A stretch of 32,092 nt of DNA from Intoshia linei (lineage: Eukaryota; Animalia; Orthonectida). The first letter of the stretch is position 1. The number at the start of each line of letters is the position of its first letter. Under the pieces are notes generated by a model. It was not told the DNA's origin. It ran no database searches and worked only from the letters and a program-made list of their open reading frames with translations. This document shows positions 24,101 to 32,092 of this stretch, one piece after another. The translations under genes were made by a program, and so were the position numbers. The stretch spans positions 1 to 32,092 of the forward strand of contig LWCA01000330.1 of assembly GCA_001642005.1 (NCBI GenBank), in the 5' to 3' direction.

Positions 24101-27100
24101 CCTCAAATGAGTTTATCCCAATGAAAAAACAATGGACCGTAGATACAAGCAACCGCACAGTTCGTAGGAGTTTGATATACAACAAAATAAAATGTTATGC
24201 AGTTAGTAAAAAACCCGGGGTTGCTGTGACAAAAATTTCTAACCGTTTAAGCTTCTACTCCGATCACTGTAGTTGGTCAATCGATGCATGGCAAAAAGTA
24301 ATATTCTCTTTCTATGTATATGCTATCATATCTAATATTTACGATGACTGAATAGCAATGCCAATAAAAATTATTAATTTCATCGAGAAAAGCTTCAAAA
24401 ATTCTCAAGCAAAGAAAGGTGTCGATGACTGTATAAATATCGATTAAACTGATCGGAAGACACTACAAAGAAATAACAAATTAATTTGAATTTAAAAAAA
24501 TCTGTAATAGCATATATCTACACTATTTTATAGGAATCGCAAAACTTTTATCGTCGTAGGCCCCTAATTTGCAACATAAAAATTCTATCAATCATACAAA
24601 ATGCATTGGCATAATATGAAACGTATTAATTTTCATCAAACACCAACTAAATTTCATAACTCAGGGTATATATAAAGTACTTTGGTGACTCCTGCACTAT
24701 ATTGGATTAAATTTGTAAAAATATTATAAAATACTCATTGTCTGGCTTCATTATTTTTTCTGGTAGAAAGAAATCGAATTCTAGTCTATTTTGTAAAATC
24801 TAGGTTTATTTTATGGTTAATTATACATAATAAATGCACCAATCATCACATCATGCTTATCAAACACTCTAAGATCATATTTTTTATATATTAATAATCT
24901 AAATCAGCATTTTGTAAATTAGGGTTTACGAAAAAACATTTAAAAAATATATTTTCATCGCGTTTCACATTATCTGCCACTTTGCTGATGTGGACAGTAA
25001 AAAATAAACCTTAATTAATAATAAAAATTGCAAAAGTAGGTTTTTATAATTTTAGTTTTTCCGGAATTTATGAATCAATTTATGACAATTTTTAGGATAT
25101 GACTGTTTTTACTTTATTTTTAATATTATACACACATTCTGTTTAATAAATTAACAAAATGAGATATTAATTGTTTTTAAAATTCTTTACGCAAATGTTA
25201 AAACAAAATTCACTAATTAATAATTCACTTTAATGTAAAAAGTAATGTGATATGACGGTTTCACCTAAAACAAGTTTGAGAACCACTCCTTTAAAGGATC
25301 GATAATAGTGTATAGTAGTATTTTTAAGTTAGATTTTCAACGTGAATTTATTTTTTTGGTAGTGCCCTCGGCAAAGCTAGGTGCTGTTTGTAAATAGTAC
25401 ATAACAGTCAACACAGTAAAGTATATTAAATGTATTTAGTTGACAACTAAGTTCTTGCCGTTTTTTAATTATGCAATAGTTACTGGCGATGAAAAATGGT
25501 GCCTGTATATCACTATGAAGCAGCGCAAGAAATGGCTTGGCCCCAATAAAAAGACAACACCACGCGTGAAACAAGATCTTCATCCGCGTAAAACAATGTT
25601 ATGTGTATGGTGGGACTGGGAGGGGATTATTCATTACAAATTGCTGGAAAGAAATCAAAGAATCAATGCGAAACTCTATGTTCAACAGATGGAACGACTC
25701 AAAACCGCTATTCAGGAAAGGAGACCTAATCGACATCACGGTGTTCTTTTACTGCATGACAACGCCCGCCCTCATATCGCAAATATGACCAAATAAGCTA
25801 TTCAAAGACACGGATGGTAGGTGCTGCCATACCCGCTATACTCGCCTGATTTGTCACCACCATTCCTTGCGCTGCTTCATATTGATATAAAGGCACCACT
25901 TTTCATCGCCAGTAACTATTGCATAATTAAAAAACGGCAAGAACTTAGCTGCCAACCCAATAGAATAATTTTAAATAATAATGATAAATACCTTGTTGTT
26001 TAGTATTGTGCCGAATTGAGAATAGTTTCTATATAACAGTCTCATTATTGCCGTGACCAATGAATGTAACCTGGCTATATGTACATTTTCGGCATTTTTT
26101 ATGAACAGAACGTTCATAATGTAACACTAAAATACAAATTAAATGTTTCAGTTTTAAATATAACATTGCATCTCGGAAATGTGTCGCTATTAATCCGCTC
26201 ATGAGTTATATAATGGTGATCATAATCTGAATGTCGACAGTCGTAAATAACATTATTTTGCGTGTATCAAAAAAATTTATTAAACTTTACATAAAATTAA
26301 ACCATCATTATTACATATTAAAGACTCTTACATGAATTCAACTGTAACGTTATTTTTTTCAACAAATGTTTTATTTTAAATTTCATATATATCTAATAAA
26401 TATATGTTTCTCCACGGTAAACAACACATCGGTTATATTACAAAATATTTTACTAATTATTTCATAAAAAATAATCAATAATGGATAGTTCTTGAATTTT
26501 CGTTTATACGTTTTGGAAAACGTTTAACTCTTGATTAGTAAAATACATTTTTATAGAACTTTGTAATTATAGATTTTTAAATATAATTTCATCTTGAATT
26601 CGATGCATTTGAATTTTTAAATGTTTTATTCAGGATATGGCAGTGCTTCCCAAACTTTTTATGTTCTCTCATATAAGGGTCCCCTCAAATGCAATAATTT
26701 ATACTTTTTTTTATATTCAAAATTTTGTAATAATAATTGAAAGATAATTATAATTACAGAAAAATATATTTTAAAGTTACTGTTTTAGTTTATTTATAAA
26801 ATGTATGTACTTTAGACATTTAATAGACATTTTTATAATTTTAAATTATAGATTGTTAAAATAATCAAACTTTTTAAAAGATCAGATTAAGCTGCCGGTG
26901 CACCCTTTGTGAATCACTGGTCTATGGCTTTAAAACAATAGTACTACAGACAACGGGTTAGTTATATGTTAAGTTTTATTTTTTACGCTTATCAGTTTTT
27001 TTTTTAAATTTAATAATTTGTAAATATATAAAAAGTTTCATCCCAAGCGGAATTCTACTGTTTGTACCACGTAGAAACTATTTAATCTAGTAATTTAACA

Positions 27101-29911
27101 TGCTATTACAAAAAAACCTCGATAGACATGGCTAGTTTATAAATATCCTTGGATGAACAATCGAGTGATTTAAAAAAACAAATCAAAACATTCCACCAAT
27201 ATGAATAGTATTCCAAATCGTTATTTTCAGATATAGCAAAATTGAACATGCATCTAATAAAAGTATTCCTATTCTTTTAAAAGTAGTCAAACGTAACATT
27301 CATAAAATTACTCGAGTCCACACGCCAATGTCTTGTTTAATTAAATTGCTTTCAATTTGATCATTTTGAAAACCAGAGAATAAGTAAGAATTATTTAATT
27401 TATCCTTTTTACATTTTAATATATTGTACAATATTTCTAATCCAATTAATCTCAATTTTTTGTATTCAGAATAAGAAATATCTTTTATAGTTGAAAGCAT
27501 TTCATCAATATATAATGTTATACAATCAGACGTATTATTATTTTTTATTACCTGTTTAAAATGTATAAACTAAATGTGATATTTTATTAAAGTTACCATC
27601 AATATGATATTCATCGTAAAATGGTAAAATTCTATTTCTTTTTCGGTTTCTCTAATCATTTTATATGATAAAATTTAAATTACACGTAACCCTCGATTTG
27701 TCCATTAATTGAATTGGTAGTATAACATTTTATTATTCAATCACTTTGAAAAACTAATTTTTTATATAAAAATCATATATGATTTACTACACTAATTTGT
27801 ATTGTTTCTCAACTTTAGTTGATGTGATAGTGTGATATATAAAATAATATACGGTACAGATAGAGGGTTCTTGTATGCATAAATCAAATATTTATTATAA
27901 ATTACTTATTTTTAAATTTTATAAATTGAACTAAAGTTGTCAAGAATCCACTAAATTGAACGGTATCAATTTTTTCTGGAATTTTCACTAAAAGAAATTA
28001 ATTTGACGTAAATAGTATCAATTGGGTAGTGGCATTCAAATATTTTTATAGTCAATACATACCTACAGTTTTGGTAACATGACTAGAAAATTTGATAAAT
28101 TCTGGTTTTAGTATTCCATCCAATTTGTAAGAGTAATAAATTATATTTCGAACAAAATTTATTAAAAGTATGACGCAATTAGTTATTGAAACACCTAAAA
28201 TTAAAAATATATGTTTTCAAATGTATAGACTATAGATAGCTTGTCTAAACAGGACTCGTGGCTATTAATGGTCTCAATATGTTGTTGCAGGGATGTTGTT
28301 AAAATTTCAACCGTTAAAATAACACGTTCTACGAATTTCATGATTATATAATCACTTTTCTAATGATAATGACCATGATGAACAACTTCTAATACGCATG
28401 TATAAGCAATGCTTGTTGTATTGAACAAAGTTTAAATTTGAGCTACATGCTATTTGTATATATACTGTTTTTGAAAAAATGGAGTACCAGCTACAGAAGA
28501 ATAAAGTTTCACCAAATCTCACAATCTTAAAATACTTGTAAATTTGGGCTCTACAATTTACACCATAAGACCTGTTTAACTTTTGAAATTTTACAGTGCA
28601 GGGCACTGTTGACCACTGTTGCATAACGGTGACAAAAAAATTATTTTTTACAAGGTCCAGTATTTTTTAGTCGTCTCTCAAAATTAAAAGTAGTAAATGT
28701 AAAACTTTGTGATTACTACCATCCGTAGATGTTTATCACACTATGTGTCAGAATGAACTAAAGAGGTTTTCGTCTTGTTTAGAGTCTAACAAAAATGGTC
28801 AACCCGATGAACTCGATGAAAATGGTACCTGACCAATTATATTGATAATTTTAAAATAAAAACCTATTCTTGAGATTGAAAAATCCATCATTGTCGTATA
28901 TAGTTCTAATCGGTTATATGATTCTATTAAATACGTTTTGTTAAATGATCTCAGTCCATTCTCGATTATTTTAGGAGCAAAATATTTTAACACGAAAAAA
29001 GAATATCGATACTAAATGAAAATATACACTATAAATTATGTATTAAAATATATTGAAATGTTTAATACATTATTGTGTATTATACACACTGGGCAAGGGT
29101 ATCCGAACTTAAAACCAGTGGCTAGTGGGTCACAGAATAATTTTGGTGGCAATAAAAAATTATATAGAATCATAACGACCTATACGACACTTTGGGACGC
29201 CCGACCATAGGCTATAAACTTTATATTATAAACCTAAGAGTCTCAAGCTTATCTGTGAAGCTTAGACTAAAGTGGGCTTGTATGATTATAGCAGCACTAT
29301 AGTTGAATTGTACAATGAAAAAATAACATTTCCATCACATAATCTGCAGGCAAATATGATAAGATTATTATTAATACATACTGTATTAGTGATTCCTCTC
29401 TTCTTTACATTAATCGTGAAACTTAAAATAACAATATTAAAAAAATCTGATTTAATGTCTAGTGAAGTAAAAGTAATCTAAATTATATTGAAGTTTTTCC
29501 CAAATTCATGTCTGTCGGTAACTAAAGTTCCTTATATAAAATCTAATATAATACCGCAAAAAATAATAAAATAATGTTGTGTACGTAATTTTTCTTAAAA
29601 ATTAGATTTAAAATTTAACCCATCAGTTATATGAAGTTTATTACCTCTGACGGGATTAATCATTTTTTCAGAACTTTAGAGGCCAGTTATGGTTAGTGTC
29701 AATAAAAATCTTTTACAATTAGGTCGGTATGAACCCAATTCTCTATTATGTTACAATATTTTTTAGTCCCAATATTGAGGAATTGGATAATACTATATAC
29801 CTATTGAAACATCCATGATAAAAGTATACCTCAATATTTTCAATAATTCTTTTTATTATTTTTTTGATAAATTCAATTTTAAAACACCATAATTCGTTTT
29901 TATCCATAAAT
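21132..29911 (-). CDS. Multi-exon helical-repeat protein, 5'-partial; possibly a divergent DNA-PKcs (PRKDC) middle region; one in-frame TAA
   Basis: Phase-consistent GT-AG exons: 29911-29830, 29800-29717, 29477-29382, 29011-28864, 28194-28063, 27987-27906, 27651-27597, 27551-27312, 27273-27118, 22015-21953 (TAA at 21997-21995), 21905-21884, 21842-21763, 21487-21448, 21396-21284, 21245-21132 (TAA). ORF-track ORFs 28799, 27300 and 21185 are pieces of it. The gene's existence is well supported; the PRKDC identity rests on remembered colinear motifs only. Confidence 0.6.
22324..22406 (+). repeat. Dispersed repeat family B, copy 2
   Basis: Shares cctacaaaccaaagttaa and atggtgtttaca with 8873-8960 (-). 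Confidence 0.6.
23892..24420 (+). mobile_element. Tc1-like transposase remnant with the catalytic core apparently deleted
   Basis: LYEEGKTLREI, GRTGR...DDR, SNRTVRRSL, KKP, WSIDAWQKVIFS then a break before the expected DES; a short C-terminal-like piece follows. Confidence 0.8.
25088..25361 (-). repeat. Dispersed repeat family C, copy 2 (inverted); contains a hAT-like gtttgagaaccact motif
   Basis: Reverse complement aligns with 19328-19597. Confidence 0.9.
25435..25960 (+). mobile_element. Internally deleted, rearranged mariner with 101-bp terminal inverted repeats
   Basis: IVTGDEKW, KTMLCVWWD, LLHDNARPH, PLYSPDLSP; 25435-25535 is the inverted copy of 25860-25960; TA on both sides. Confidence 0.93.
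26641..26919. mobile_element. hAT (Buster/Charlie-type) MITE
   Basis: TIRs cagtgcttcccaaa / tttgtgaatcactg; degenerate 8-bp TSD ggatatgg / gtctatgg with central TA. Confidence 0.75.
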
Positions 29912-30379
29912 CTAGGTTTATAATTAAAATACGGTATAATGCAGTTTCTGAGAAGGTAATGGAGTGTCAGTGTAGGGTTGATAATACCTAGGTGTCAAGA
30001 AATTATGATATTTTTAAATTCTAATTCGAATTCGTGCTGCAATGCGTACATCTTAAAACGTGACAGGCACAATACAATTATTTATCCAAATGCATGACAT
30101 AAACAATTTTTATTAAACATGCATCTATCTGATAATTAATAAGTATCATCATCACAGTTAATATTTATTAAGTTCTTATAGTGATATTTAGTGATAACCA
30201 ATAGTATTCATTTCTGTACAATTACAGTAAACTCTGCTATAAGAACACTCTGTAAAAAAGCTTTCAATCTTTCCATAGTTTAATAAATTTTCTGCACTAA
30301 TATATTAACATTTTCATTATACACTTAACTAATGTTCAACTCAATATATAAAAACAACTCAAAAACTGTTCGTATAGAG

Positions 30380-30450
30380 CAATGGTTCCAAAACTTTTTC
30401 CACCATGGACCACTTGTCACACAAAAAAAATGTGTGTGGACCACATCATT
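30380..30450 (+). mobile_element. hAT MITE left end (truncated)
   Basis: caatggttccaaaacttttt after gtatagag; subterminal ggaccac twice; no right TIR found. Confidence 0.5.
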
Positions 30451-30849
30451 TTTTATAAAAATCCCCTTAATCCTGAACACGTCACTAAAGTAATATTTTG
30501 ATTTTTTTATTACGTATTTCTCCTTAAATCGAAAATTTTGCATTAACTTTGACACGATAGTTCAATGGCTTTTAATTCTTATGGCAATTAAAAAAATACT
30601 AATTTCAAACTTATGGCGAACTACCAGTCCCGTATGCGAGATCCTTCCACCGAGGAATCTCGACTAAATTTTTTTTAAAATGGACGCTTTAATTAAATTA
30701 AGCATTAAAAAAAATCTTGAATATCAACTAATTTGAGTGTTAAATTTAAAATGTCAACTCAAGAGTCTTAGAAAGTTGGACAGGGTTATATGACCTTATA
30801 ATTCGTTAAAATTTTTTAATGGGCTTGTACTGATTACTGAAATTATTGT

Positions 30850-32092
30850 TGTAGGAGGATAATTTAAAGAGCCTTTACAATAACAATAATTTAATATAAA
30901 TTCTTTACACGTGAACTATCAATATAAACACGTAAATCTTCATAGTGATCAATGTCATCACTACATCTCCACCACAAAGTCTTTAAGATAGGCAGGGGTG
31001 GTTCTTTTTCTTGGTTTATGAGGATTTTGTTGCTTGGATAAAATAGGATTATTAGCTATATAATTTTTTGCATGAAGGGAAGTCGATTTTTGAGATTTTT
31101 TATCAAAATTTCGCTTCACAGAGAAGCATTATGAAGGTTTTTGGACCTCTTAAGATTATTTTGAAAAATTTTTTCATCAACTATATCATACTTTGGTACG
31201 CTGAAAACCATTTCATATGGTGAAATGTCATTTTTTGAGGTAGGCAATAAGCGCAGACTCATCAATACATAATTAAGTAGTTCATCCCAATCGCAATCGT
31301 GTTCATTATCTAAAACGCGAAGTTTTTCTCGGATACTCTTATTATATCTTTCTACAAAACCATTTTCAAAAATTTTACCCATTTTATCAATTAATTCACA
31401 ATTGAATTGACGTCCACTATCAGTATGAATAATTTTTGGAGGACCAAAGCGAGTAATAATACACTCTATTAATATATCATAAACAGTAATTGCATTAATA
31501 TCAGTCACTCCTTTAGCTTCCACCCAACCGCTAAAATGGTCCACCATTACAATGATATATTTATTCAATTTAGAAGTTTCAGGGAGGAGAGCCAATATAT
31601 CCACTTGCCATATATGATTAATGTAATTTGATTCAACAGTTTTCAGTGGGCCTACACGAGAATAATTTCGAAATTTTGCCACATTACATGATTCACACTT
31701 TTTATGTATTCATTAATGTAACTATACATGTATGGCCAAAATAGTGTCTTTTTTATTTCCCGAAAACACTTAGATATGCCAGGGTAAGAATAAGACAAGG
31801 AATTATGGGAATGTTTTAATACTTGTATTCTATCAGCACTAGAAACTATGTACAATTTAGATTTGTTTTGCATAAGATAAAGACTACCATTTTCTATCCG
31901 CAATAAATTTCTTAATTTGTAGTATTTACTAGTTTGAGGAATATCATTAACGCCTGTGTTTATTATGTGTGGGATATCATCATCCTGAGTTTCATTTAAT
32001 AAATTTGAGAAATTGTGAAAGGAAATTTGGTTAATTTCTGAATCTCTCGACAAAACATCGGCCGTAAAATTTAATCGACCTGGCCTATAAAT
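30850..32092 (-). mobile_element. Ty3/Gypsy LTR retrotransposon, 3' part (RNase H end, integrase, PPT, putative 3' LTR), degenerate
   Basis: YRPGRLNFTADVLSR; zinc-binding-region-like H..PG..K....FWPYM; rve core WQVDIL, MVDHFSGW, IHTDSGRQF, NGFVERYNK; tail RKRTTPAYLKDFV; purine tract gtggtggaga then TGTAG at 30965; frameshift near 31680. Confidence 0.9.

Noticed and set aside
25377-26003. ORFs 25377-25583 (-) and 25821-26003 (+) sharing PFLALLH.DI.AP.FIASNYCIIKKRQELSCQ
   Set aside because: Explained by the 101-bp inverted duplication of the mariner end, not a protein family.
26420-26625. Coding-like minus-strand stretch (MHRIQDEIIFKNL*...FTNQELNVFQNV*)
   Set aside because: Several stops and no recognisable family; at most a decayed fragment.
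28352-28624. 90-aa minus-strand ORF as an exon
   Set aside because: Lies in an intron whose flanking exons join in phase without it; looks like non-autonomous TE sequence.
1-32092. CRISPR arrays, rRNA, tRNA or prokaryotic operons
   Set aside because: None seen; the sequence is intron-containing eukaryotic DNA.

Overview
Very AT-rich eukaryotic (animal) genomic DNA with many very short introns (about 29-50 nt) mixed with longer, transposon-filled introns, and strongly diverged proteins. This is suggestive of a fast-evolving, genome-reduced invertebrate such as an orthonectid; the taxon is inference only. The + strand holds 17 exons (about 2945 codons, 3329-21062) of a WDFY3/ALFY/Blue-cheese orthologue with PH-BEACH, WD40 and FYVE domains; its 5' exons appear to lie upstream of the window. 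Converging on it, with only 69 bp between stop codons, is a 15-exon minus-strand gene (29911-21132, about 500 codons visible). By eye it resembles the middle HEAT region of DNA-PKcs (PRKDC), but it ends before any FAT/kinase domain and has an in-frame TAA in a symmetric exon. A disrupted antisense gene (about 1770-2930) sits in the presumed upstream WDFY3 intron. Introns contain remnants of mariner, Tc1, hAT/Buster, MULE and Gypsy elements, several MITEs, a mariner derivative with 101-bp TIRs built from transposase coding sequence, and dispersed repeat pairs in inverted orientation. Exon models were built by hand and homology calls come from remembered motifs, not database searches.
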